A DNA stretch of 64,000 bases, taken from assembly GCA_937899785.1 (NCBI GenBank), contig CALCCG010000004.1, positions 4,231-68,230 on the forward strand, written 5' to 3'. Position 1 is the first letter of the stretch. Every line of letters starts with the position of its first letter. The notes under the pieces were generated by a model. It ran no database searches. It was not told the DNA's origin and saw only the letters and a program-made list of their open reading frames with translations. Below, piece after piece: positions 17,651 through 28,031 of this stretch. This stretch comes from an uncultured Erythrobacter sp. (GTDB lineage Bacteria > Pseudomonadota > Alphaproteobacteria > Sphingomonadales > Sphingomonadaceae). The position numbers and the translations under genes were made by a program.

Positions 17651-20053
17651 ATGCCCAGTTTTGCTCAGAATCTCGAACGCACCCTCCACAACGCGCTCAG
17701 CAACGCGTCGGAGCGTCGTCACGAATACGCAACGCTTGAGCACTTGCTGCTCGCGTTGATCGACGACGAAGACGCCGCGCAGGTGATGGCAGCGTGCGGG
17801 GTGGACCTGGCCGAACTGGGTGATGTGGTGAAGCAATATCTCGACCACGAATACCAGTCGCTAAAGTCCGAAGACAACGCCGACCCGCAGCCGACAGCCG
17901 GCTTCCAGCGCGTCATCCAGCGGGCTATCCTGCACGTCCAGTCTTCGGGCAAGGACACGGTAACGGGCGCGAACGTTCTGGTGGCGCTTTTCTCCGAACG
18001 CGACAGCTACGCCGTTTACTTCTTGCAGCAGCAGGACATGAGCCGCCTGGACGCGGTGAGCTATATCAGTCACGGCATCGGCAAGGGCGGCCGCCAGATA
18101 GAAAGCAAGAGCCCGCAGGGACAGGAAGAAGGCGCGGAGGAAACGGCCGAAAAGACCAAGGGCGACGGCAACAAGAAAGAGACCGCGCTCGACCAGTTCA
18201 CCGTCAACCTCAACGCCAAGGCAGAAGCTGGCAAGGTGGATCCGCTTATCGGCCGCGGTCCCGAGGTCGACCGCACAGTCCAGATCCTGTGCCGCCGCTC
18301 AAAGAACAACCCGCTCTATGTCGGCGATCCCGGCGTGGGCAAGACCGCGATTGCCGAGGGCCTGGCACGCAAAATCGTCGAAGGCGATGTGCCGGAAGTG
18401 CTCGAAGAAGCGGTTATCTACTCGCTAGATATGGGCGCCCTGCTCGCCGGAACACGCTATCGCGGCGATTTTGAAGAGCGGTTGAAGCAGGTTGTCTCCG
18501 AACTTGAAGGTATGCCGCACGCCGTGCTCTTCATCGATGAGATTCACACCGTGATCGGCGCTGGCGCGACCAGCGGCGGGGCGATGGACGCCTCGAACCT
18601 GCTGAAACCCGCGCTGTCGGGCGGGACGATCCGCTGCATCGGCTCGACCACCTACAAGGAGTTCCGCAACCACTTCGAAAAGGATCGCGCGCTGCTGCGC
18701 CGGTTCCAGAAGATCGACGTGAACGAGCCGACGATCGAAGACACGATCAAAATCCTTAAAGGCCTGCGCAGCGCGTTCGAAGAGCACCACAATGTGAAAT
18801 ACACGCCCGACGCGCTCAAAACCGCCGTCGAGCTGTCGGCGCGTTACATCAACGACCGCAAATTGCCCGATAAGGCGATCGACGTGATCGACGAGGTTGG
18901 CGCGATGCAGATGCTGGTGCCGCCCAGCCGCCGCAGAAAGAAGATCACCGCCCGCGAAATCGAGCAAGTGATTGCGACCATGGCGCGCATCCCGCCCAAA
19001 TCAGTGTCGAAAGACGATAAGAAAGCGCTGCAAAACCTCGATCGCGATCTTAAACACGTGGTCTATGGCCAGGATGAGGCGATTACGCGCCTCGCCACCG
19101 CGATGAAGCTATCACGCGCGGGTCTTCGCGATCCGGACAAGCCGATTGGCTCGTTCCTGTTCTCAGGCCCCACCGGCGTCGGTAAGACCGAGGTGGCGCG
19201 TCAGCTCGCCTCGATCATGGGGATCGAACTCAAACGCTTCGACATGTCCGAGTATATGGAACGCCACTCGGTCAGCCGCCTGATCGGCGCGCCTCCGGGC
19301 TATGTTGGCTATGATCAGGGCGGGCTGCTCTCCGATGCAGTCGATCAGAACCCGCTTTGCGTGCTGCTGCTCGATGAAATCGAGTAGGCGCACCCGGACC
19401 TGTTCAACATCCTGCTGCAAGTGATGGATAACGGCCGTTTGACCGACCATCACGGCAAAACGGTCGACTTCCGCAACGTCGTGCTGATCATGACGACGAA
19501 TGCCGGCGCCGCCGATATGGCGCGCCAGGGCATCGGCTTTGGCGATGTGTCGAAGGAAGACGCCGGCTCCGAAGCGGTGAAGAAGATGTTCACGCCGGAG
19601 TTCCGCAACCGCTTGGACGCAATCGTGCCGTTTGCCTATCTCGGCAAGTCGACGGTCGCGCGCGTGGTCGACAAGTTCATCCTCGAACTCGAACTCCAAC
19701 TGGCCGAGCAGAACGTCCACATCCAGTTCGACAGCGACGCGCGTTCGTGGCTGGCGGATAAGGGCTATGACAAGCTCTATGGCGCACGCCCGATGGGTCG
19801 TCTGCTACAGGATCGGATCAAACAGCCGCTCGCCGAAGAATTGCTGTTCGGCAAGCTCGCCGATGGCGGCGAGGTGCACGTCACGATCAAGGACGGCAAG
19901 CCAAGCTTCGAGCTCACGCCTGCACCGCCTAAAACGCAAAGGCGTCCGGGGTCAAAGCGCAAGCCTGCACCCAAGAAGCCAGCGGCGAAAAAAGTTGCGC
20001 CCAAGACAGACGATCCCAAGCCCGAGGAATCGGGAAGCGGCGCCAAAAGCTAG
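17651..20053 (+). CDS. clpA: ATP-dependent Clp protease ATPase ClpA, interrupted by an in-frame TAG at 19385-19387
   Basis: [54 protein letters not shown]; the frame continues past the TAG to 20053. Confidence 0.92.
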
Positions 20054-20132
20054 AGCTCGACCCTAGCCTTCGCCCCAAAAGTATGATTGAGGAGCCCCAG
20101 GTCATTGGCGACCTAAAGATCAGGGGCCCTTC

Positions 20133-22229
20133 ATGTTTGCACGCACATTTTTCCTTGCCACCGCCGGTAGCGCGCTCGCTTTCGCCGCGCCTTTAGCCGC
20201 TGACCATCACACTGGCGAAAAGCCCTCTGAGACCGGCGAAAAGCACTTTACGGGAGCGGATATCTTCGGTCTTTCGGTGGCCGCCGATCCGCAGATCAGC
20301 CCGGATGGCAGCCAGATCGCCTATGTTCGGCGCACCAACGATATCATGATCGACAAGGCGGTCAGCTCGATCTGGCTGATCGATGTGGCGAGCGGCGCGG
20401 AAACCCCGCTTGTGACCGGGGCTGGCTTCCACGCAAGCCCGCGCTGGTCACCCGACGGCACGCGCCTTGCCTATATCTCGACCGAGAGCGGAGGCGGAGC
20501 CGAGCTGCATGTGCGCTGGATGGCTTCCGGGCAAAGCGCCAATATCACCGCGCTTGCTGAAAGCCCGGGCGGGATCGCTTGGTCGCCCGATGGCACGCAG
20601 ATCGCCTATACGGCGCGCGTCGCCGGTACCGGCCTGACACTGGGCAAGCCGCCCGCAAAGCCCGAAGGTGCTAAATGGGGCAAGCCGCTCCAGATCATCG
20701 ACAAGGTCACCTACCGCATTGATGGGGGCACCTATCTGAAGCCGGGCACGACACAGCTCTTTCTGGTAGATGCAACCGGCGGCGCGCCGCGTCAGCTCAC
20801 CTTTGGTGAGTATTCGAACGGGGGCACGGTCGAGTGGACGCCTGATGGCAAAACGTTGCTCTTCACCGCCAATCGCAAGGAGAACTGGGAGCTCGAAGGG
20901 CAGGATAGCGAGGTCTATTCGCTCGACATCGCCAGCGGCACGATCACCGCGCTGACCGATCGCTACGGCCCGGACGCTGGCCCGCAAATCTCGCCCGATG
21001 GCAAGACCATCGCCTATGTTGGCTATGACGATGTCGGCAACGCCTTCGATCAGGCCAGCCTCTACACAATGAACGTCGATGGGACCGGCAAGAAGCTCCT
21101 CGCGGGCGACTTCCCCGCCAGCCCGGACGGCATGGAATGGAACGCGGCGGGCCTGTTCGTCAGCTTTGAACGCGATGGCGAGCATCGCGTCGCCAAGGTC
21201 AATCCCTCCAGCGGCGCGCCCACTCTGCTTGAGCCCCGTTTTGGCAGCACGTATTACGCTTTGCCGTACACCGGCGGGCAATGGTCGGTAAGCGAGGGCG
21301 GCGCGATTGCCTTCACCACGGCGAGCTCGGTTGCGCCGCCCGAGGTCGGCGTTGCGACCCGGCGCGGAACAAAGACGCTCACCTCGCTTAACGCGGTCAG
21401 CCTTGGCGCCAAGGTGCTCGGCCAAACCTTCGAATTGGACGTAACCGCCCCTGATGGCGTTAAGATACCGGCGTGGATCATGCTCCCGCCCGGATATGAG
21501 GAGGGCGACAAGGTCCCTACGATCCTCGAAATGCATGGCGGCCCCTACGCCGCCTATGGCCCGGAATTCTCGGTCGACTACCAGCTCTATGGCGCGGCGG
21601 GATACGCGGTACTGTTCACCAATCCCGGCGGCTCGACCGGCTACGGCGAAGAGTTTGCCGACCGGATCGAGGACAATTATCCCATAAGCAACCAAGCCGA
21701 ACTGATGGCGGCGGTCGATGCAGCCATCGCAGCGGGTTACGCTGATCCGGACAACCTGTTTGTGACCGGAGGGTCAGGCGGCGGCATCCTCACCGCCTGG
21801 GTCGTAGGACAGACAGATCGCTTCAAGGCCGCCGCCTCGCACAAACCAGTGATCAATTGGACAACCATGGCGCTGATGGCGGACTTCTATCCGTTCTTTG
21901 GCAAATATTGGATGGGCGGTCAGCCCTGGGAGCGGCCCGAACACTATTGGTCGCGTTCGCCGCTTGCCGCAGCGGCCAACATCAAGACGCCCACTTTGGT
22001 GCTGGTGGGAGCGAACGATTACCGCACGCCGCGCAGCGAAGCGGAGCAATTCTACGGCGCGCTTAAGCTGCTGGGCGTCGACACCGCGTTGGTGGTGACA
22101 CCGGATTCGAGCCACAACAACCTCACCCAATCGCCAAGTCAGCAGGCCGCGCGCACGGACAGCGTGATCGCGTGGTTCAACAAGTACCGCACCGATACTG
22201 ACGAAGAGGCGACCGAAACCTCCGAGTGA
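20133..22229 (+). CDS. S9 family peptidase with PD40 beta-propeller
   Basis: Signal peptide, SPDG repeats, HGGP, GGSGGG nucleophile elbow, DYRTP, catalytic His (SSHN). Confidence 0.9.
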   Translation: MFARTFFLATAGSALAFAAPLAADHHTGEKPSETGEKHFTGADIFGLSVAADPQISPDGSQIAYVRRTNDIMIDKAVSSIWLIDVASGAETPLVTGAGFHASPRWSPDGTRLAYISTESGGGAELHVRWMASGQSANITALAESPGGIAWSPDGTQIAYTARVAGTGLTLGKPPAKPEGAKWGKPLQIIDKVTYRIDGGTYLKPGTTQLFLVDATGGAPRQLTFGEYSNGGTVEWTPDGKTLLFTANRKENWELEGQDSEVYSLDIASGTITALTDRYGPDAGPQISPDGKTIAYVGYDDVGNAFDQASLYTMNVDGTGKKLLAGDFPASPDGMEWNAAGLFVSFERDGEHRVAKVNPSSGAPTLLEPRFGSTYYALPYTGGQWSVSEGGAIAFTTASSVAPPEVGVATRRGTKTLTSLNAVSLGAKVLGQTFELDVTAPDGVKIPAWIMLPPGYEEGDKVPTILEMHGGPYAAYGPEFSVDYQLYGAAGYAVLFTNPGGSTGYGEEFADRIEDNYPISNQAELMAAVDAAIAAGYADPDNLFVTGGSGGGILTAWVVGQTDRFKAAASHKPVINWTTMALMADFYPFFGKYWMGGQPWERPEHYWSRSPLAAAANIKTPTLVLVGANDYRTPRSEAEQFYGALKLLGVDTALVVTPDSSHNNLTQSPSQQAARTDSVIAWFNKYRTDTDEEATETSE

Positions 22230-22266
22230 TGGGAACGGGCGCGCTTGCACGGGGATTTCATCCTCT

Positions 22267-23271
22267 ATGAGCGCGCCGTTTTCCTGGATCCGCCCCGCAC
22301 CCTGGGGCGTGCATATCGTCCCAGCGGATTGCTGGGTCGATCCGGGACGCGCGGTCGACAAGGCGCTCGTCACACACGGCCACGCGGATCACGCGCGCGG
22401 TGGGCACGGTGCGACCATCGCCACTCCGGCAACGCTCGCCATAATGGAGCTGCGCTACAACACACGCGAAGGCGCGGTGCCCGTAGAGTATGGCGAGACG
22501 ATCCGTCTGGCTGGCGGCGTTGAGGCGACATATGTTCCAGCCGGGCATGTCCTGGGCTCGGCGCAAATCCTTCTCGAGCACGCGGGTGAGCGCGTGATCA
22601 TCACCGGCGACTATAAACGCCGCCCCGATCCGACTTGCGCCCCCTTCAAAGTCACGCCTTGCGATATCTTTATTACGGAGGCGACATTTGGCCTTCCGGT
22701 GTTCGCGCATCCACCGATCGAAGAGGAAATGGCCAAGCTTTTGGCCGCGCTTTCAGAACATTCCGATCAGTGCGTGCTCGTCGGCGCTTACGCGTTGGGA
22801 AAGGCTCAAAGGGTGATCGCAGAGCTGCGTTTGGCGGGCCATCAGGACACGATCTATCTCCACGGCGCGATGGAGAAGATGTGCCGGCTCTATGAGGAGC
22901 ACGGCGTGGACTTAGGTGAGCTTCGCCTCGTCGCCGATCACACCAAAGAAGATATGCGCGGATCCATCATCATCGCCCCGCCTTCTGCGCTGAGCGATCG
23001 CTGGTCACGTCGGCTGCCCGACCCGATCACCGCAATGGCATCGGGGTGGATGCGGGTGCGGCAGCGCGCGCGGCAACGCGGAGTGGAGTTACCTTTGGTG
23101 ATCTCCGACCACGCCGACTGGAACGAACTCACTCAGACCATCGCCGAAGTGGACCCGGCCGAAACATGGATCACCCATGGCCGCGAGGAAGCCCTGCTGC
23201 GCTGGTGCGAGCTCAATCAACGCCGCGCGCGAGCGCTCGCTTTGATCGGGCGAGAGGATGAAGATGACTAG
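22267..23271 (+). CDS. Ligase-associated DNA damage response exonuclease (MBL/beta-CASP)
   Basis: THGHADHAR, PAGHVLGSAQ, TGDYKR, TEATFGLP, AYALGKAQR, ASGWM, ISDHADW, THG. Confidence 0.9.
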   Translation: MSAPFSWIRPAPWGVHIVPADCWVDPGRAVDKALVTHGHADHARGGHGATIATPATLAIMELRYNTREGAVPVEYGETIRLAGGVEATYVPAGHVLGSAQILLEHAGERVIITGDYKRRPDPTCAPFKVTPCDIFITEATFGLPVFAHPPIEEEMAKLLAALSEHSDQCVLVGAYALGKAQRVIAELRLAGHQDTIYLHGAMEKMCRLYEEHGVDLGELRLVADHTKEDMRGSIIIAPPSALSDRWSRRLPDPITAMASGWMRVRQRARQRGVELPLVISDHADWNELTQTIAEVDPAETWITHGREEALLRWCELNQRRARALALIGREDEDD

Positions 23272-23296
23272 GCGCCCTCAACAAAGAGGGAGCGGC

Positions 23297-23611
23297 CTAG
23301 GCGGTGAGCGCCTCAAGGTCTGCCTTGACCGCAGCGATGATTTCATCGGTGACCACACCGGCCGACCATGGCTGAAGCTCGATCAGGCTCATGCCCTTGA
23401 ACTGGCCATAAGCGGGATGCTCGTCAATTCCGGGAATGTGCTTGAGCAAGACTTCAGCCGTCGCCTCTGTCGCCATCAGTTCTTCGATCGAGTTGTCGAT
23501 GGTCAGCTGCGTCGCGGGCGCTTCCGCGACGGGAGCTTCGGCGTCCTCGGCCAAAGTTGGGGAGACCGCGCCCAGAAGAGCGACAGCGGCGGCGAGTGCG
23601 GTGGCTTTCAT
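23297..23611 (-). CDS. Small secreted acidic helical hypothetical protein
   Basis: Signal peptide MKATALAAAVALLGAVSPTLA after GGAAGGGA; domain SIEELMA..AEVLLKHIPG..HP.Y..FKGMSL. Confidence 0.7.
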   Translation of the reverse strand: MKATALAAAVALLGAVSPTLAEDAEAPVAEAPATQLTIDNSIEELMATEATAEVLLKHIPGIDEHPAYGQFKGMSLIELQPWSAGVVTDEIIAAVKADLEALTA

Positions 23612-23721
23612 CAGTTCAATTCCCTTCCTGGACACGGGATAGTTGGATATCTTCGTCGGTTTAAACCTTCTGCCGAGCGGCGCAAGCCGGGTTGTGCGAG
23701 CGCTTTTGTGGGTGCCCGATT

Positions 23722-25320
23722 GTGAACCGGTTCTCGGAGTTGCTGGACGCGCTCGTCTATACGACAAGCCGCAACCGCAAGCTGGCTTTGCTAAAGGCCT
23801 ATCTTTGCGAAGTGCCCGATCCGGATCGCGGCTGGGCGCTCGCAGCGCTGGCGGGTGGGCTGGACTTTCCGGCGGTCAAAGCCTCCACCATTCGCAATCT
23901 CGTCATGGAGCGCGTGGACCCTGTTTTATGGTCGCTCAGCCGCGACTTTGTCGGCGATACCGCTGAAACGGCGAGCCTCCTATGGCCCGATCCGGTCAAA
24001 GCTGTACACGGCGAGCCGCCAAGCGTCGGTGAGACGGTCGAGCTGCTCTTCGGAATGACTCGCGCAACCGCGCCGAAGGATTTCGCCCAGCTGCTTGACC
24101 GCCTCGATTCCTCAGGCCGCTACGCGCTGATAAAGCTCGCAACCGGCGGCATGCGCATCGGCGTTTCCGCGCGGCTCGCCAAAACGGCCTTCGCGCAGGC
24201 TTTTGACGTCAGCGTCGAAGATGTCGAGGAGTACTGGCACGCCCTGGAGCCGCCTTACGCGGAGCTCTTCGCCTGGGGCGCCGACGGGGCGGACCCTCCC
24301 GACGTTTCAAACCGCCCGCTCTTCCGCCCCTTTATGCTCGCGCATCCACTCGAGGACACGGCCTTGGATCTGAAAGACTACGCCGCCGAGTGGAAATGGG
24401 ACGGGATACGCGTACAATTGGTGCGCGTGGCGGGCGAGACGCGCCTCTATTCGCGATCAGGCGACGATATATCGGCCACATTCCCGGAATTGCTCGACGT
24501 CCTTCCGGTGGAAGCCGTTCTGGACGGCGAATTATTGGTCCGCGGCGCGGCGCAAGGCGGTGCAAAGGGCGGCGCGGCGAGCTTCAACGCCTTGCAGCAG
24601 CGGCTTGGGCGCAAGACCGTCTCGAAGAAGATGCTGGCCGAACGCCCGGCCTTCGTGCGGCTCTACGATTGCCTGATCCTTGAAGGCGAAGACCTCCGCC
24701 AGCGGCCTTGGCAGCAGCGCCGCGACCGTCTCGAGGGACTTATGGAACGCCTCCCAGCGTCCCATTTCGACCTCTCAAGCCTCGTAGAGGCGCGCGACTT
24801 TGAGCATCTTGCTGAGATCCGTGAAGGCACACGCGACGACGCAATCGAAGGACTGATGCTCAAACGCCGCGACAGCGCTTATATTCCTGGGCGAAAGGTC
24901 GGCTTGTGGTACAAGTGGAAGCGCGATCCGCTGTTGATCGATTGTGTGCTGATGTATGCGCAGCGTGGGAGCGGCAAACGATCGAGCTTCTATTCGGACT
25001 ATACGTTTGGCTGCTGGGACGGCGATCCCGATCGGGGCGCGGAGTTGTTGCCGGTGGGCAAGGCCTATTCCGGCTTCACCGACGCCGAGCTCAAACAACT
25101 CGACAAGCTTGTGCGCCAAACAACACTGAACCGCTTTGGCCCGGTGCGCGAGGTCGAGCGCACACTGGTCTTCGAAGTGGCCTTCGACAGCGTGCATCCC
25201 TCGAAGCGCCATAAGTCTGGTCTGGCCATGCGCTTCCCGCGAATCCACCGCATTCGTTGGGATAAGCCAGTGCACGAAGCGGACCGGATTGACTCCTTAA
25301 GGGCGCTGATCTCCAGTTAA
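23722..25320 (+). CDS. ATP-dependent DNA ligase (cisplatin damage response type)
   Basis: EWKWDGIR (adenylated Lys), LDGEL, EGLMLK, WYKWKRDP, VGKAYSG, MRFPRI. Confidence 0.93.
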   Translation: MNRFSELLDALVYTTSRNRKLALLKAYLCEVPDPDRGWALAALAGGLDFPAVKASTIRNLVMERVDPVLWSLSRDFVGDTAETASLLWPDPVKAVHGEPPSVGETVELLFGMTRATAPKDFAQLLDRLDSSGRYALIKLATGGMRIGVSARLAKTAFAQAFDVSVEDVEEYWHALEPPYAELFAWGADGADPPDVSNRPLFRPFMLAHPLEDTALDLKDYAAEWKWDGIRVQLVRVAGETRLYSRSGDDISATFPELLDVLPVEAVLDGELLVRGAAQGGAKGGAASFNALQQRLGRKTVSKKMLAERPAFVRLYDCLILEGEDLRQRPWQQRRDRLEGLMERLPASHFDLSSLVEARDFEHLAEIREGTRDDAIEGLMLKRRDSAYIPGRKVGLWYKWKRDPLLIDCVLMYAQRGSGKRSSFYSDYTFGCWDGDPDRGAELLPVGKAYSGFTDAELKQLDKLVRQTTLNRFGPVREVERTLVFEVAFDSVHPSKRHKSGLAMRFPRIHRIRWDKPVHEADRIDSLRALISS

Positions 25321-25378
25321 GTTGCATTTCGAAACTTGATTGCTATCTGGGGTCCATCACGGCCCTGGGAGAGACCTC

Positions 25379-25891
25379 ATGAACACCAAAGACCTGCTCG
25401 TCACCACCCAACGCAACATGCTCGGCACGCTCAAGGGCCTGCTCGCCAAAGCCGCCGCGGATGAGCGTGGCGACGGCTTGCTCCAAGCCAAGCTGGCTGA
25501 CGATATGCACCCGCTTGCCGTGCAAGTTCGCTTCCTGTGCAATATGGTCGGGGAGGCAATAGAGCGCGTGGCGGGAATTGATTTCACGTCGAACGAAGAT
25601 GATCCCACCACACTCGCCGAGGCGCAAAACCGCATCGACGCCACGCTTGAAAGTCTTGCCAGATGGGAGGAGCTGGACTTTGCCGCCGACGACGCCGCGC
25701 TAGAGCTCGATCTGACCAACGGTATGGTCTTCGACATGACCACGTCCAGCTACGCACGCGACTGGTCGGTGCCGCAATTCTATTTCCACGTGATGGCGGC
25801 CTATGCGATCCTGCGCAAAGAGGGGATAGAAATCGGGAAAGCCGACTTCGTGCCACACATGTTTCAGTACATCCGCCAGCCGGCAGGCTGA
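25379..25891 (+). CDS. DUF1993 family (DinB-like) protein
   Basis: LADDMHPLAVQV, PQFYFHVMAAYAILRKEGIEIGKADF. Confidence 0.85.
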   Translation: MNTKDLLVTTQRNMLGTLKGLLAKAAADERGDGLLQAKLADDMHPLAVQVRFLCNMVGEAIERVAGIDFTSNEDDPTTLAEAQNRIDATLESLARWEELDFAADDAALELDLTNGMVFDMTTSSYARDWSVPQFYFHVMAAYAILRKEGIEIGKADFVPHMFQYIRQPAG

Positions 25892-25896
25892 GGCCG

Positions 25897-26289
25897 CTAG
25901 TCGGCTGGCTTGATCGAGGTGACAAAGCTCATTTTGTTGCCGTCAGGGTCGCGGGCGTAAGCACCGTAAAAGTCAGGGCCATAGATCGGCCTGGGGCCCG
26001 GCGCGCCTTCATCGCTACCGCCATTCGCGAGCGCGGCGGCGTGGGCCGCGTCCACCGATGCTGGGCTGGCGGTGAAGAGGCCGGCAGTGTGGCCGTTGCC
26101 AGGCTCCGCGGCCTTTTCGTTCTGTGGCTTCGTGATCCACACCAGAAACCCATCAGCGAACTTGTAGGCGAAGGTCATCCCTTCGTATTCGAACGCAAAC
26201 TCAGCGCCGAGCGCTCTCATCACCGGATCGTAGAAGCGTCGCGATCGATCCAGATCGTTGGAGCCGAGTGTGATGTACATCTCAGTCAT
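25897..26289 (-). CDS. VOC/glyoxalase family protein
   Basis: YITLGSNDL.RSRRFYD, PGNG, GGSDEGAPGPR, YGAYARDPDGNK. Confidence 0.88.
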   Translation of the reverse strand: MTEMYITLGSNDLDRSRRFYDPVMRALGAEFAFEYEGMTFAYKFADGFLVWITKPQNEKAAEPGNGHTAGLFTASPASVDAAHAAALANGGSDEGAPGPRPIYGPDFYGAYARDPDGNKMSFVTSIKPAD

Positions 26290-26292
26290 GCG

Positions 26293-26886
26293 CTAATCCC
26301 TCGCCCTAGTCATCGCCGCTTCCACGGCGGCCTTATGATCCTTAGCGTTGTGCGCGTAGTGGGCGACACCCATTTTCATACCCATGATCGCCGCATCGGT
26401 GAGGTCTTTGAGTTTTTTCGCCGGGCGGCCGGCCCACACTTCGCGGTCGCCAATCACTTTGCGCTCGGTCAGCATCGCGCCAGCGCCCAGCATGGCGTCC
26501 GAGCCAATCACCGATTTGTTCATCGCGATCGCGCCCAGACCCACAAAGCCGCGATCGCGGATCGTGCAGCCATGAACCATCGCCATATGGCCTATGAGCA
26601 CATCATCACCAACGATCAGCGGAGAGCCTTCATCATCACCGGGGCGCGGCGGGTCGCAGTGGAGGACGCTGCCATCCTGAATATTGCTGCGCTGGCCAAT
26701 GCGGATTGTAAAGACATCCGCGCGCACCACACAATTGTACCAAATCGAAGAGCCCGCTCCGATCTCGACATCGCCGATAATTGTACAGCCGGGCGCAATG
26801 AAAGCGGTTTCGTGGATCTTGGGCGTCTTGCCATGGATCGGAATGATATTCACTCCGGGAAACCGGGTTTTGAGATCAGTGGTCAT
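26293..26886 (-). CDS. Gamma carbonic anhydrase family (YrdA/PaaY-like)
   Basis: Hexapeptide repeats, RADV, SNIQDGSVLH, IGHMAMVHGC; ATGA overlap with the upstream GNAT. Confidence 0.9.
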   Translation of the reverse strand: MTTDLKTRFPGVNIIPIHGKTPKIHETAFIAPGCTIIGDVEIGAGSSIWYNCVVRADVFTIRIGQRSNIQDGSVLHCDPPRPGDDEGSPLIVGDDVLIGHMAMVHGCTIRDRGFVGLGAIAMNKSVIGSDAMLGAGAMLTERKVIGDREVWAGRPAKKLKDLTDAAIMGMKMGVAHYAHNAKDHKAAVEAAMTRARD

Positions 26887-27440
26887 GGTCTGCTCTTCCA
26901 TGTTTCGCGCGTTAAGGCGTATTGAATGGCGGGGTTGTCGCTAGGGCCAAAAGCGGGATCGGTGAAGTCGAGATCTTGGCGCCGCTCCATTCCGAGCTTT
27001 TCCATCAGCTTCCAACTGCCGATATTGCGGAGGCTGGTGAGCGCAACGACATGCGGCGCGCCAATCCGGCCAAACGCCCAGTCGATCACGGCCACCATTG
27101 CTTCATGAGCGTAGCCGCGACGCCAACGGTCTTCGCGAATGAGCCAACCCACTTCGTGGTCGCCTTGATTGGGAGCGGCCGGGTGATCGACTTGTTTGAT
27201 ACCCGCATGGCCGACAAGGTCGCCGGTCGTCTTCTCAATCATCATAAGAAAGCTGAAGCCATACTGCGCGTAGAGCGCCATGCCCTTGGCGTGCTTGGCC
27301 TCGATCTCATGGAGTTGTTTCACACCGCCCAGATGCTCCATCACCGCAGGCGTGTTGAGCACACGGTCCTGCAAGGCCGCGTCGCCTTCGCTGATCGCGC
27401 GCAGGATCAGCCGCTCGGTTTCGAGGACAATATCACCCAC
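26883..27440 (-). CDS. GNAT N-acetyltransferase (RimJ/RimL-like)
   Basis: ETERLILR, EVGW, WRRGYAHEA, NIGSWKLMEKLGM. Confidence 0.88.
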   Translation of the reverse strand: MGDIVLETERLILRAISEGDAALQDRVLNTPAVMEHLGGVKQLHEIEAKHAKGMALYAQYGFSFLMMIEKTTGDLVGHAGIKQVDHPAAPNQGDHEVGWLIREDRWRRGYAHEAMVAVIDWAFGRIGAPHVVALTSLRNIGSWKLMEKLGMERRQDLDFTDPAFGPSDNPAIQYALTRETWKSRP

Positions 27441-27444
27441 AGGC

Positions 27445-28029
27445 TTAGCCGATAAAACTGGCGCGATGCATGGTCCACGCCGTGCGGGTGATCGAATAGA
27501 CAATGGCGTCCCCGTAATCGGCGTTCCAGAACGTGTCTTCGAAATCGAGCTCGGGGCGCCGCTTCATGCCAAGGCGCTTCATAAGACCCCAACTGCTGCT
27601 GTTCTCTTCGACCGTGATGGCGATGGTTTCATCCGCGCCAAATCTTCCGAAGGACAGATCCAATGTGGCGATCGCGGCTTCCTTTGCGTATCCTTTGCCC
27701 CAGGCGTGTTCGCCCAAGCGCCAGCCGGCTTCCATCATGCCGAAAGGGCCGTTCTTATCGGTGCACAGTTTTAGGCCGCAAAAGCCCAGGATCGCTCCGT
27801 CTTCCTTGCGTTCCACGGGCCAGAAAGTGTGCCCGAATTCGCGCGCGAACCCCTCCCAGCGCAGCTGCATCGCGTCCATGCCCTCTTCATCAAGCAAACC
27901 GACCAGCCACTGCATGACCGCAGGGGTGTTGGTGGCTTCCCAGAAGGGCGCCCAGTCCTCCTCTCGCCAATCGCGCAGGATGAGGCGCTCGGTCTCATGG
28001 TAGAAGGAGGGCCAGTCGTCAGCCATCAT
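27445..28029 (-). CDS. GNAT N-acetyltransferase (RimJ/RimL-like), paralog of its neighbour
   Basis: ETERLILRDW, EAGWRL, WGKGYAKEAA, NSSSWGLMKRLGM. Confidence 0.88.
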   Translation of the reverse strand: MMADDWPSFYHETERLILRDWREEDWAPFWEATNTPAVMQWLVGLLDEEGMDAMQLRWEGFAREFGHTFWPVERKEDGAILGFCGLKLCTDKNGPFGMMEAGWRLGEHAWGKGYAKEAAIATLDLSFGRFGADETIAITVEENSSSWGLMKRLGMKRRPELDFEDTFWNADYGDAIVYSITRTAWTMHRASFIG

Positions 28030-28031
28030 GG

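Noticed and set aside
19920-20050. Histone-like [11 protein letters not shown] tail on ClpA
   Set aside because: Low-complexity basic tails are common on alphaproteobacterial proteins; no evidence of a distinct function
19421-20053. Separate 210-aa gene after clpA
   Set aside because: It is the in-frame C-terminal part of ClpA beyond the internal TAG
20448-21695. 415-aa minus-strand ORF
   Set aside because: Antisense shadow of the S9 peptidase
25663-26925. 420-aa plus-strand ORF
   Set aside because: Overlaps three well-supported genes and has no recognisable domain
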